From NCBI GenBank assembly GCA_963832165.1, contig CAWHTE010000005.1, forward strand, positions 256,001 through 320,000: 64,000 nucleotides of DNA, written 5' to 3'. The DNA comes from an uncultured delta proteobacterium. Lineage in GTDB: Bacteria; Myxococcota_A; UBA9160; SMWR01. This document shows positions 1 to 8,903 of this stretch, in pieces (the stretch's first letter is position 1; each line of letters starts with the position of its first letter). The notes beneath the pieces were generated by a model that was given only the letters and a program-made list of their open reading frames with translations, did no database searches and was not told where the DNA came from. A program made the position numbers and the translations under genes.

Positions 1-216
1 CCGATGGCGCTGCAGATCCCAGCCGAGTTCGCGGGCCATCCGCTCGTGACCCCCGAACTCGTCGCGGCCGCGCACGCACACGGCGTCCACGTGCACGTGT
101 GGACGATCAACGAGCCGTCCGAGATCGCCGAGCTGATCGCGCTCGGCGTCGACGGCGTGATCTCCGACTTCCCCGCGCGCGTCGTGCGCGCGATTTCCGC
201 GCGCGCGTCCGCGTGA
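1..216 (+). CDS. Glycerophosphodiester phosphodiesterase, C-terminal part (truncated by window edge)
   Basis: Contains VHVWTINE...LGVDGVISDFP, the typical GDPD C-terminal motif. Confidence 0.85.
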   Translation, partial: PMALQIPAEFAGHPLVTPELVAAAHAHGVHVHVWTINEPSEIAELIALGVDGVISDFPARVVRAISARASA

Positions 217-749
217 GCGACGCGTCGCAGCACGTCCTCGCACACCTCGAGCAGTTGCGCGGCGCGGCCGCACGCGGGCCCGTGGTGGATCTCGCCTGCG
301 GCCGCGGTCGCAATGCCCTCGCGATTGCAGCGCACGGGATCCCCGTGCTCGGCCTCGACCGCAACGCGGACTTCCTCGCCGAGCTCGCGGGCACCGCGCG
401 CGTGCGCCAGCTGCCCGTGAGCGCCGTGCGCGCGGATCTCGAGTCCGCGCCCGCGCTGCCGCTCGCCGAGCGCCGCTGCGGAGCGCTGGTCGTCTGCCGC
501 TATCTCCACCGTGCGCTCGCGCCCGCGCTCGAAGCCCTGCTCGCACCCGGCGGCTGGCTGCTCTACGAGACCTTCACGATTCACCAGAGGGATCTGGGCT
601 ATGGCCCTGACAATCCAGCATTTCTTCTGAACCCCGGAGAGCTGCCCACGCTCTTCCCGCGGCTCGCGGTCGACCTCTACTGGGAGGGGCTCTCGGACGA
701 GCCGCGGCCGGCCGCAGTCGCGCGCCTCGCGGCGCGCAAGCCGGCTTGA
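213..749 (+). CDS. Class I SAM-dependent methyltransferase (TehB-like)
   Basis: SAM motif VVDLACGRGRNA, plus YLHR and LAPGGWLLYETF. GTG at 213 overlaps the upstream stop (GTGA). Confidence 0.85.
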   Translation: MSDASQHVLAHLEQLRGAAARGPVVDLACGRGRNALAIAAHGIPVLGLDRNADFLAELAGTARVRQLPVSAVRADLESAPALPLAERRCGALVVCRYLHRALAPALEALLAPGGWLLYETFTIHQRDLGYGPDNPAFLLNPGELPTLFPRLAVDLYWEGLSDEPRPAAVARLAARKPA

Positions 750-898
750 TGCGATGGCGGATTACGCCCTTCGGGCTAATCCGCCCTACACGATGCGATG
801 GCGGATTACGCCCTTCGGGCTAATCCGCCCTACGTAGGGCGGATTAGCGCGTGAATCGCCGATCGAAGCGCGGATCACCCACCGCGTAATCCGCCATC
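748..898. repeat. REP/BIME-like cluster: two tandem 42-bp copies plus one inverted, loop-expanded copy
   Basis: GATGCGATGGCGGATTACGCCCTTCGGGCTAATCCGCCCTAC at 748-789 and 792-833. An inverted unit GTAGGGCGGATTAGCGCG...CGCGTAATCCGCCATC spans 834-898. These are GTAG-tagged palindromes between convergent genes. Confidence 0.85.
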
Positions 899-1963
899 CG
901 AGAGGCGCGCGAGCGCCCAGCGCGCGTGCTCGGCCAGGACCGGATCGCCGCCTTCGAGATGGCGGCGCACCGAAGGCACGAGCGCGGCGTCGCGCGAGTT
1001 GCCCGCGGCCACGAGCGCGTTGCGCAGCAGGCCGCGATAGCCGGTGCGGCGCAGCGCCGTGCCGCGCGTCGCTTCGCGCCACGACTCGAGCGAGAGATCG
1101 AGCACCCACGCCAGCGCGGGAGCGCGCCATGCCTCGCGCGGTGCGAGCCGCGCGCGCAGCCCGAGCGGATCTGCGGGCACGGTGCGGCGCTCGCGCTGAT
1201 TCCACGGACACACCTCCTGGCAGATGTCGCAGCCGAAGCCCCAGTCTCCGTGGCCCGCGCGCAGGGGCTCGGGGATCGGCCCGCGCAGCTCGATCGTCGT
1301 GTACGAGAGGCAGCGCGTTGCATCGAGCACATACGGCTCCGGAAACGCGTCGGTCGGACACGCATCGAGGCACGCGCGGCAGGTCCCGCAGTGGTCCGGC
1401 TCGGGAGTACCCGGCGAAAGCTCGAGATCGGTGAGCACGACGCCCAGGAACAGATACGAGCCCAGGCGTGGATGGATCAAGCAGGTGTTCTTGCCGATCC
1501 AGCCCAGCCCCGCGTCGGCCGCGAACGCGCGCTCGAGCACGGGACCCGTGTCGACGTAGCCGCGCGTGCGCACGGGTGTGCCCGCGAGCGGCGCGAGCGC
1601 CGCCTCGAGCGCGCGCACGCGGTCGAGCAGCACGTCGTGGTAGTCATCGCCGCCCGCATAGCGCGCGATCCGGAACGAGCTCGCGTGCGGCTCGGGCCTG
1701 GCGCCGGGATCGTAGACGAGGCCGAGCGCGATCACGCTGCGCGCGCCCGGGAGCACGCAGCGCGGATCCTCGCGCCGCTCGACCCCGCGCGCGAGATAGG
1801 CCATCTCGCCGCCAAAGCCGCGCGCGAGCCACTCGCGCAGGAACGCCGCGCGCGCTCCGGGCTCCGCGCGCGCGATACCGACCAGGTCGAAGCCCAGCGC
1901 GGTCGCGAGCGCCTCGACGCGTTCAGTGAGCGGGAGCTCGCCGAGCGCGCCGCGATCCGACAT
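875..1963 (-). CDS. queG: tRNA epoxyqueuosine(34) reductase QueG
   Basis: YAGGDDYH, VDTGPVLER, GLGWIGKN, and Fe-S motifs CGTCRACLDACPT and GCDICQEVCPWN. Confidence 0.95.
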   Translation of the reverse strand: MSDRGALGELPLTERVEALATALGFDLVGIARAEPGARAAFLREWLARGFGGEMAYLARGVERREDPRCVLPGARSVIALGLVYDPGARPEPHASSFRIARYAGGDDYHDVLLDRVRALEAALAPLAGTPVRTRGYVDTGPVLERAFAADAGLGWIGKNTCLIHPRLGSYLFLGVVLTDLELSPGTPEPDHCGTCRACLDACPTDAFPEPYVLDATRCLSYTTIELRGPIPEPLRAGHGDWGFGCDICQEVCPWNQRERRTVPADPLGLRARLAPREAWRAPALAWVLDLSLESWREATRGTALRRTGYRGLLRNALVAAGNSRDAALVPSVRRHLEGGDPVLAEHARWALARLSDGGLRGG

Positions 1964-1967
1964 GGGA

Positions 1968-2807
1968 TCACGCGCTCGCTTGGCGCGCGGGACCCTCGCC
2001 GCGCGCCAGCCACGATCCGAGCGCCACCATGAGCAGCACCGCGAACGCCGAGGTGAGCAGCCCCGCGGACTCGTGCAGCGGACCCGTAGTGGCGCGCTCC
2101 GCGCCCCACGCCCCAGCTGCGATCACGGTCGCGACCACGCGGATCATGTTGCCGAACAGCGCCGCCGGCACCACGAACGCCACCAGGACCACGCGCTTCC
2201 ACGTGACACGCTGCGTGAAGCGCGCGAGCAGCACGCCCACCGGAATCAGGCTCAACAGCGACGTGATCCCGCTGCACGCCTCGGCCACGAACAGCGCGTC
2301 TCCGCTCGGGAGCCGCATCACATTGCCGTCGCGCATCACCGCCACGCCGAGCGCGTGCAACACTGCCACCGCGCCCGCACTCGCGAGCGTCTGCAGGTAG
2401 GTCACGATCGGCAACACGATCGCTTCGGGCAGCGGAACCATGAAGAGCAGGAAGGCGAGCGGAAACGCGAGTCGCTGGACGCCGCGCACCCCCCAGCGGT
2501 ATCCCACCAGCGCCGTGATCGCGCCGACGATCGCGAGCCCCTGCAGCGCGGCCTCGCTCGCGACCACGCCCAGCGCGTAGACCGCGAGCGCGAGCACGAG
2601 GCCCAGCAGCGCGGAGCGGTGGCGCTGGCTCGGCCCGAGCCCGCGGATCCTCGGGTGCGCGGTCAGGAGCGAGACCACGGGCACGAGGAAGCCGTGCTGG
2701 AAATATTCCGCCGACGCCCAGCGCTCGGCGAGCGTCATCACCCCGGGCGCGAACACCACCGCGACGGCGACCCAGAGCATGATCTCGTCGCTGCGCGTGC
2801 GCGGCAT
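1968..2807 (-). CDS. Exosortase family membrane protein
   Basis: Multiple TM segments, YFQHGFLVP, catalytic Cys in VAEACSG, N-x-x-R (NMIR) and a later His (LHE). Start at ATG 2807 is a judgement call. Confidence 0.9.
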   Translation of the reverse strand: MPRTRSDEIMLWVAVAVVFAPGVMTLAERWASAEYFQHGFLVPVVSLLTAHPRIRGLGPSQRHRSALLGLVLALAVYALGVVASEAALQGLAIVGAITALVGYRWGVRGVQRLAFPLAFLLFMVPLPEAIVLPIVTYLQTLASAGAVAVLHALGVAVMRDGNVMRLPSGDALFVAEACSGITSLLSLIPVGVLLARFTQRVTWKRVVLVAFVVPAALFGNMIRVVATVIAAGAWGAERATTGPLHESAGLLTSAFAVLLMVALGSWLARGEGPARQASA

Positions 2808-2913
2808 GGGACCTCGGGGGCTGACCGCGCGAGCTTGACCCGGATCCGGGCCCGCGCAAAGCCCTTCCCCGCCGCTCGCGGCCCCGTGCGCCGTAGTGCT
2901 ATCCATCTTGTTC

Positions 2914-3063
2914 ATGCGACTCCCGAATACCGATTCGAATCCGATCGCCCACGTCGACCTCGCCACGCCGGAGACCCGCTACGAGCCGCCGCGCTTCGAG
3001 CTGATCTGCCTGGCCTGCGAGATCTCGGCCTACGCACCCGACTCGGATCTGCCACTCTTCTAG
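2914..3063 (+). CDS. PqqA-like precursor peptide, 49 aa (below ORF-track cutoff)
   Basis: Manual translation MRLPNTDSNPIAHVDLATPETRYEPPRFELICLACEISAYAPDSDLPLF. It carries a P-x-F-x-x-I-x-L-x-C-E-I-S-x-Y core resembling PqqA E-x-x-x-Y peptides. Confidence 0.7.
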   Translation: MRLPNTDSNPIAHVDLATPETRYEPPRFELICLACEISAYAPDSDLPLF

Positions 3064-3083
3064 GGTCCGCGACCCGCGCGCCC

Positions 3084-4046
3084 TCAACCGTCCCGGGAGG
3101 GCGGCGGCGACGCGCTGAGCCGGTTCACGAGCTCGCGGAACTTCGGGTGCGCGAGCAGCCCGATCGTGTCCCCGCTCTGGAGCATCGCGACCACGGCCGG
3201 GTCCGCGAGCAGCTCCTGCACCGCGGGATCATCGCGCAGTCCGCGCAGGCGCGGACCGATCTGCTCGATCACCTGCGCGATCGATTGGCGGAACACCTCG
3301 GCGTCGAACGCCGCCTCATCGGCGACGAGTCCCAGATCCGCGAACTTCTGCCGCAGCTCTGAGTTGCGCGCGAGGCTCTGGAAGCTGCGGCGCCGCAGCG
3401 CCATGTCGGGATAGCCCGCTTCGATGTCGCTCCAGAAGTCGGCGTCGCTGCGCAGCTCCGCGATGCTCGGGTCGTCCAGGACCGTCTGGAGATCGGCTGC
3501 GGCCACCTGCGGACGCGCCGCGAAGCGGGCGACGAAGCGGGCGCTCGGCTCCGTGGTGTCGACGGCGGTCTCGATCGCGCTCTGGACCACGCCGCTCGTG
3601 AAGTCGGCCGCAACCGAGTCGCCGATCTCGGGCAGCACCGCGACCGCGCCCGTTGCGCGCAGCGCGTCGACCCACAGCGCGAGGTACACGACCATCAGCG
3701 CGAGCGCTGCGCCTCGCACCGCGCCGAAGCTCGCGCCGAGGAAGCGATCGCGCGGACTGCGTCCCGCGTTCGAGCGCGGACCGAGTCGACGCGCAAAGCG
3801 CGCGGCGATGGCGAGCACCGCATACGCGACCGCGAACACGGCCGTGCACGCGGCCACCGTGGCCGGGAGCGGGCCGAGCCCGAGCCGTGCGCCCACGGCC
3901 GGTGCGAACGCGGGGCCCAGCAGCACGGCCGCCGCATAGGACACCACGAGCGTCGCGATCGCGAGCCCGGTCGCGAGCCCGCCACGCCACGCCCCGGCTG
4001 CCACGCACACGGCCAGCAGCAGCCCTGCGAGTGCGTTCAACCACAT
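3084..4046 (-). CDS. CvpA (colicin V production) family membrane protein with C-terminal soluble extension
   Basis: N-terminal GAWRGG TM segment and DRFLGASFGAVRG motif. Confidence 0.75.
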   Translation of the reverse strand: MWLNALAGLLLAVCVAAGAWRGGLATGLAIATLVVSYAAAVLLGPAFAPAVGARLGLGPLPATVAACTAVFAVAYAVLAIAARFARRLGPRSNAGRSPRDRFLGASFGAVRGAALALMVVYLALWVDALRATGAVAVLPEIGDSVAADFTSGVVQSAIETAVDTTEPSARFVARFAARPQVAAADLQTVLDDPSIAELRSDADFWSDIEAGYPDMALRRRSFQSLARNSELRQKFADLGLVADEAAFDAEVFRQSIAQVIEQIGPRLRGLRDDPAVQELLADPAVVAMLQSGDTIGLLAHPKFRELVNRLSASPPPSRDG

Positions 4047-4183
4047 CGCCTCCGGATCGTCCGGGCGCGCGCCCTCCTAAAGGATGGGACCCCCGAGGGG
4101 CCACACTTGCTCTTTCCCGATGGCCGCTGCCGGCGGGCTGCGATACAGAGGGACAGGCCGCTTTCCCCCGCGAGGAACTACCG

Positions 4184-5620
4184 ATGCGCGCGCGCAACAT
4201 CCGCAAGACCAAGCTGATCGCGACGATCGGTCCCGCCTGCGACGGCCTCGACACGATCAAGGCGATGATCCACGCCGGGATGAACGTGGCGCGGCTCAAC
4301 TTCTCGCACGACACCCACGTCGAGCACCGCAAGCGGCTCGAGCTGGTGCGCCAGGCCGCGCGCGAGCTCGGCGCGAACGTCGCCGTGATGCTGGATACCA
4401 AGGGCGTGAAGATCCGCACGGGCCGCGTCGAGGGCGGCATGGCCCGGCTCGTCACGGGGGATCCGTTCACGCTCTACACGGACGGCCGGATCGGGGATGC
4501 GCGCGGCGCGACGGTCTCCTACACGCAGCTGCCCGAAGAGGTGGTCACAGGCTCGAAGATCCTGATCGACGACGGCGTGATCGAGCTGCAGGTCGAGGCG
4601 GTCGAATCCGACCAGATCCGCTGCCGGATCACGCGCGGCGGCAACCTCGCCGACCGCAAGGGCGTGAACCTGCCCGGCACGTTCCTGGGCATGCCCGCGA
4701 TGACCGCCGAGAACCGCGCCGATCTCGTGTTCGCGGTCGAGAACGGCGTCGACTACATCGCCGCGTCGTTCGTGCGCGGCCGCGAGGACGTGCGCGAGAT
4801 CCGCCAGGTGCTCACGGAGCACGGCGCCAACATCCCGATCATCGCGAAGATCGAGGCCGCGGTGGGCGTGCAGAATCTCGAGGAGATCGTCGCGGAGGCC
4901 GACGGCACGATGGTGGCGCGCGGCGACCTCGGCGTGGAGATCCCGCTCCAGGAGGTCCCGCTCACCCAGAAGCGGATCATCCGCGCCACGGTGATGAACG
5001 GCAAGCCCGTGATCACGGCGACGCAGATGCTCGACTCGATGCGCAGCTCGCCGCTGCCGACGCGCGCGGAGGTCAGCGACGTGGCCAACGCGATCCTCGA
5101 CGGCACGTCGGCGGTGATGCTCTCGAACGAGACCGCGGCCGGGAAGTACCCCGTGGAGGCCGTGCGTACGATGGCGTCGCTCGCGCTCGAAGCGGAGAAG
5201 GGACTGCGCGAGTACGGCCACCTGCAGCAGGTCTCGGCGGCGCGCACACACGAGGTAACCGAGGCGGTGTGCCAGGCCGCGATCACGATGGCCAACCATC
5301 TCCAGGCCGGGGCGATCATCGCACTGACCGAATCGGGCCGAACCGCGCGCTGGATCTCCAAATACCGACCGCGCTGCCCGATCCTGGGCGTCTCGCACTC
5401 GCCCACCGTGGCGCGCGCGTTCGCGATGAACTGGGGTGTTACCGGCGTGCTGCTCGAGACCGACGCCGCCGCGGGTGACGACGACGAGATTCAGGCGGCG
5501 CTGGCGCGCGCACGCGACCTCGGCATCGCCGCACCTGGTGACGTGTGCGTGGTCACCGCAGGTCGCAGCCGCGAGACGGGCAGCACCAACCTGATCCGCG
5601 TCGTGAGCGTTCCGGCCTAG
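4184..5620 (+). CDS. pyk: Pyruvate kinase
   Basis: RKTKLIATIGPA, ARLNFSH, IIAKIE, MVARGDLGVE, ATQMLDSM and PTRAEVSDV motifs. RBS GAGGA precedes ATG 4184. Confidence 0.97.
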   Translation: MRARNIRKTKLIATIGPACDGLDTIKAMIHAGMNVARLNFSHDTHVEHRKRLELVRQAARELGANVAVMLDTKGVKIRTGRVEGGMARLVTGDPFTLYTDGRIGDARGATVSYTQLPEEVVTGSKILIDDGVIELQVEAVESDQIRCRITRGGNLADRKGVNLPGTFLGMPAMTAENRADLVFAVENGVDYIAASFVRGREDVREIRQVLTEHGANIPIIAKIEAAVGVQNLEEIVAEADGTMVARGDLGVEIPLQEVPLTQKRIIRATVMNGKPVITATQMLDSMRSSPLPTRAEVSDVANAILDGTSAVMLSNETAAGKYPVEAVRTMASLALEAEKGLREYGHLQQVSAARTHEVTEAVCQAAITMANHLQAGAIIALTESGRTARWISKYRPRCPILGVSHSPTVARAFAMNWGVTGVLLETDAAAGDDDEIQAALARARDLGIAAPGDVCVVTAGRSRETGSTNLIRVVSVPA

Positions 5621-5637
5621 CCTAACGAGCAGAGATC

Positions 5638-6057
5638 ATGAAGTACCTGCACACGATGGTGCGCGTCTCGAACCTCGAGCAGTCGCTCGACTTCTACTGC
5701 GCGAAGCTCGGGCTCGTGGAGCTGCGGCGCGCCGAGGTACACGCCGGGCGCTTCACGCTCGTGTTCCTCGCCGCGCCCGGCGACACGAACGCGCAGGTGG
5801 AGCTCACTTACAACTGGGATCCCGAGACGCTCGAGGGCGGCCGCAACTTCGGCCATCTCGCCTATCGCGTCGACGACATCTACGCGCTGTGCCAGCGGCT
5901 GCTCGATGCGGGCGTGACGATCCACCGCCCCCCGCGCGATGGACACATGGCCTTCGTGCGCTCCCCGGACGGGATCTCGATCGAGCTGCTCCAGAACGGC
6001 GCCCCGCTGCCCAAGACCGAGCCGTGGGCGTCGATGCCGAACGTGGGGACCTGGTAG
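5638..6057 (+). CDS. gloA: Lactoylglutathione lyase (glyoxalase I, VOC family)
   Basis: YLHTMVRV, ELTYNWD, GHLAY and PDGISIELLQ motifs. Confidence 0.85.
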   Translation: MKYLHTMVRVSNLEQSLDFYCAKLGLVELRRAEVHAGRFTLVFLAAPGDTNAQVELTYNWDPETLEGGRNFGHLAYRVDDIYALCQRLLDAGVTIHRPPRDGHMAFVRSPDGISIELLQNGAPLPKTEPWASMPNVGTW

Positions 6058-6060
6058 GTC

Positions 6061-6099
6061 ATTACACGAGTTGCTCCAGTTTTACTGATCGTGTAATAT
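6061..6099 (+). promoter_or_regulatory. Putative sigma70 promoter overlapped by an inverted-repeat operator upstream of the PaaX-like gene
   Basis: Perfect inverted repeat ATTACACGA (6061-6069) / TCGTGTAAT (6089-6097). TTGCTC (6071-6076) lies 17 bp from TAATAT (6094-6099). Confidence 0.65.
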
Positions 6100-6106
6100 C
6101 AGCCAG

Positions 6107-6955
6107 GTGCGACAGCCCACTCCGCGCAGCCTGATCGTCGACCTACTCTCGACGCTGCGGCGCGGGAGCATGCCCGTGGCCGCGCTGGTCCAGGCCGGCG
6201 CGCTGTTCGGGATCGCCGACGGCAGCGTGCGCGTGGCATTGCACCGGCTGCTCGCCGAAGGACGCGTGGAGAGCGACGAGCGCGGGCAGTACCGGCTCGG
6301 CGCTGCGGCCGCGCCCGTGCAGTCGGTGGTCGCGAGCTGGCGCGAGCTCGATCGCCGCACGCGCCCCTGGAACGGGCGCTGGATCGCCGTGCACGCGGAC
6401 ACCGCGCGGCGGCGGCGCGCACGCATCGACCCCGCGGCGCGCGCGCTGCGCCTGTTCGGCTTCGAGCTGCTCGCGCCCGGGCTGTTGGTGCGGCCCGCGA
6501 ATCTCCGCGAGGGAGTCGATGGGGTACGCGTTGCGCTGAGAGAGCTCGGGCTGCCTTCGGCAGCCCTCGTATATGAGCTCGGCGAGCTCGAGCCCACAGC
6601 CGACGCCCGCGCCCGCGCCCTCTGGGACGGCGAAGCGCTCGTGCGCGGCTACCGCGCGGCGCGCCGCGAGATCGAGCGCAGCAGCGCTCGGCTCGCGGGT
6701 CTGTCCGATGCCGACGCGATGGTCGAGTCGTTCGCGCTCGGCGGGCGGGTGCTGCAGCAGCTCGTGCTCGACCCGCTGCTGCCCTCCCCGCTCGTCGACG
6801 AACGCGAGCGCCGCGCACTGCTCGAGAGCATGCGCGCCTACGACCGCCTGGGGCGCAACGCCTGGGCCGGCTTCCTGGGGCGCTTCGGTGTCCCGCATCG
6901 CACCGCGCCCGCAGACACGCGCTGGGCCGCCGAGGGCTTCGCCCAGAGCGCGTGA
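6107..6955 (+). CDS. PaaX family transcriptional regulator
   Basis: N-terminal wHTH (RSLIVDLL...VRVALHRL...G), W-x-G-x-W linker, C-terminal DPLLP motif. Confidence 0.85.
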   Translation: MRQPTPRSLIVDLLSTLRRGSMPVAALVQAGALFGIADGSVRVALHRLLAEGRVESDERGQYRLGAAAAPVQSVVASWRELDRRTRPWNGRWIAVHADTARRRRARIDPAARALRLFGFELLAPGLLVRPANLREGVDGVRVALRELGLPSAALVYELGELEPTADARARALWDGEALVRGYRAARREIERSSARLAGLSDADAMVESFALGGRVLQQLVLDPLLPSPLVDERERRALLESMRAYDRLGRNAWAGFLGRFGVPHRTAPADTRWAAEGFAQSA

Positions 6956-6972
6956 AACGATCTGGAGGACTC

Positions 6973-7977
6973 ATGAGCGCAGCACATCCGCAGACCACTC
7001 CGCCGACCTGGCGCGACATCGTCACGCGCGACGAGATCGACCGCTGGCTCGCGATGGACGATTGGAAGAGCTGGGCATCGATCGCGCTCGACTGGGCGAT
7101 CGTATTCGCGTCGATGGCGCTCGTGGTGGTGTGGACGAACCCGCTCACGATCGTGCTCGCACTCTTCCTGATCGGGGCGCGGCAGCTCGGCCTCGCCGTG
7201 CTGATGCACGAGGCCTCCCATCGCTCGCTGTTCTCGAACAAGAAGGTCAATGACTGGGCGGGCAACTGGCTGTGCGCCTATCCGGTGTGGAGCGACCTCC
7301 GTCCGTATCGCCCCTATCACCTCCAGCACCACGCGCATACCGGTTCGAAGAACGACCCGGACCTGGGACTCATCACGCCGTTCCCGATCACGCCGGCGAG
7401 CCTCCGGCGCAAGATCGTGCGCGACCTGACGGGCCAGACCGGATTCAAGTTCGCGGTGGCCGCGTTCCAGCGCACGTTCGGGCGCTGGAGCAAGGATCCC
7501 GTGTCGCGCCGCGCCGCGATCGGATTCGCGACCACCAACGCGCTGCTGCTCGCGCTGCTCACGGCGGCCGGCTACCCCGCGCTCTACCTGCTCTGGGCGG
7601 GCGCGTGGCTCACCACGAACACGCTCGTCACGCGGATCCGCTCGATCGCGGAGCACGCGCTCACGCCGAGCGCGGCCGAGCCGCGCGGGCTCACGCGCAC
7701 CACGATCCCCGCGTGGTGGGAGCGCCTGCTGATCGCGCCCAATTGCGTGAACTATCACATGGAGCACCACCTGCTGATCACGGTGCCCCACTACAACCTG
7801 CGCGCGATGCACGATCGCCTCACCGAGCTCGGCGTGGTCGACCCGGGCTGCGTGGACCACGGCTACGCGGCGATCCTGCGCCGGGCCGCCTCGAAGCGCG
7901 GCGACGCGGCCACCGAGTCGGTCCATCTCTTCGAAGACCGCGGCGCGCACACGCCGCCGCGCACGCCGCCGTTCTAG
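6973..7977 (+). CDS. Fatty acid desaturase family protein
   Basis: His boxes HEASH, HLQHH and HMEHH, plus an AEH motif. RBS GGAGG precedes ATG 6973. Confidence 0.9.
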   Translation: MSAAHPQTTPPTWRDIVTRDEIDRWLAMDDWKSWASIALDWAIVFASMALVVVWTNPLTIVLALFLIGARQLGLAVLMHEASHRSLFSNKKVNDWAGNWLCAYPVWSDLRPYRPYHLQHHAHTGSKNDPDLGLITPFPITPASLRRKIVRDLTGQTGFKFAVAAFQRTFGRWSKDPVSRRAAIGFATTNALLLALLTAAGYPALYLLWAGAWLTTNTLVTRIRSIAEHALTPSAAEPRGLTRTTIPAWWERLLIAPNCVNYHMEHHLLITVPHYNLRAMHDRLTELGVVDPGCVDHGYAAILRRAASKRGDAATESVHLFEDRGAHTPPRTPPF

Positions 7978-7978
7978 T

Positions 7979-8398
7979 TCAATCGCCGATGCGGAGAACC
8001 TCGCCCAGCACCGTCCTGGCGATGCGCTCGAGGCGGCGGTCCGCGGTGGCGAGCGCTGCTCCGTACTCGATCGCGGCGGCGAGGTAGAGGCAGTCGTAGA
8101 CCGGGTGCCCCAGGCGAAGGCCGAGTTCGAATGCGCGGTCGACGAGCCAGCGGGAGCCGACCAGACGCGGGCGGTCGCTATCCCAGAGCTCGAGAACCTC
8201 GCGCGCGAACTCTTCGCTGCACTCACGGCTACGCACCCTCTTCCAGAGGATGCTCGCGAGCTCGAGATCGATCAGGTCGGGCGCGATCAGGACCCGACGC
8301 CCCTCGTTGCCATCCGCGAGCAGCGCGGCGGCAGACGCCTGCCCGGCTTCCGGGAAGTACCACTTCGCGGCAACGCTTGCATCGACGACGGTATTCAC
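7979..8398 (-). CDS. vapC: VapC-type PIN-domain toxin
   Basis: VVDASVAAKW, YDCLYLAAA and LATADRRL PIN motifs. Confidence 0.9.
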   Translation of the reverse strand: MNTVVDASVAAKWYFPEAGQASAAALLADGNEGRRVLIAPDLIDLELASILWKRVRSRECSEEFAREVLELWDSDRPRLVGSRWLVDRAFELGLRLGHPVYDCLYLAAAIEYGAALATADRRLERIARTVLGEVLRIGD

Positions 8399-8646
8399 CG
8401 CCGGCGGTCTTCCCGGATCAGCTTCTCGCTCGGGGTACTCTCACCGAACTGACGTTTGATCCGCCGGCGCAGCGCTTCCCGTTGGGCATCCTGGGCGCGA
8501 CTTCGCTCACGGCGCAGATCCTCCTGGGCCTCGCGCGCGAGGATGTCGCAGATCAGGGCGTTGAGGCTGCGGGATTCGCGCGCCGCTCGGCGGCGCAGTG
8601 CCTCCGCGACCTTCGCATCGAGATTTCGGAGTGTCATCGCGGGCAT
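8395..8646 (-). CDS. FitA/Arc-like ribbon-helix-helix antitoxin
   Basis: TLRNLD...LRRRAA...RSLN RHH signature and C-terminal LIREDR. Overlaps the toxin start by 4 nt. Confidence 0.85.
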   Translation of the reverse strand: MPAMTLRNLDAKVAEALRRRAARESRSLNALICDILAREAQEDLRRERSRAQDAQREALRRRIKRQFGESTPSEKLIREDRRR

Positions 8647-8827
8647 CGGCGGGACCGGGTGATGACACTTTGATACCGCTTCCGGCGGCAGAGCGCTACC
8701 CAGGTCTCCGACGACGCGGAGGCATGGCAGCGAAGTCCCCAGCGCCCGACCGGATCGCGAACCCGCGGCGACGTCCCTCGCGTTTCGACCGCCTCGGGGA
8801 ATCCCTCTCTGCTAGGATCGGCTCCAC

Positions 8828-8903
8828 GCGCGAGTAGCTCAGTTGGTAGAGCATCAGCTTCCCAAGCTGAGGGTCGCGGGTTCGAACCCCGTCTCGCGCT
8901 CCA
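8828..8903 (+). tRNA. tRNA-Gly (anticodon CCC)
   Basis: 76 nt. Acceptor stem GCGCGAG/CTCGCGC, D-arm TAGCTCAGTTGGTAGAGC, anticodon arm TCAGC-TTCCCAA-GCTGA, T-loop GTTCGAA, encoded CCA. Confidence 0.97.

Noticed and set aside
748..833. Two identical 42-bp repeats as a CRISPR array
   Set aside because: Only 2 bp separate them, there are no spacers or cas genes, and the palindromic GTAG-type structure fits REP elements.
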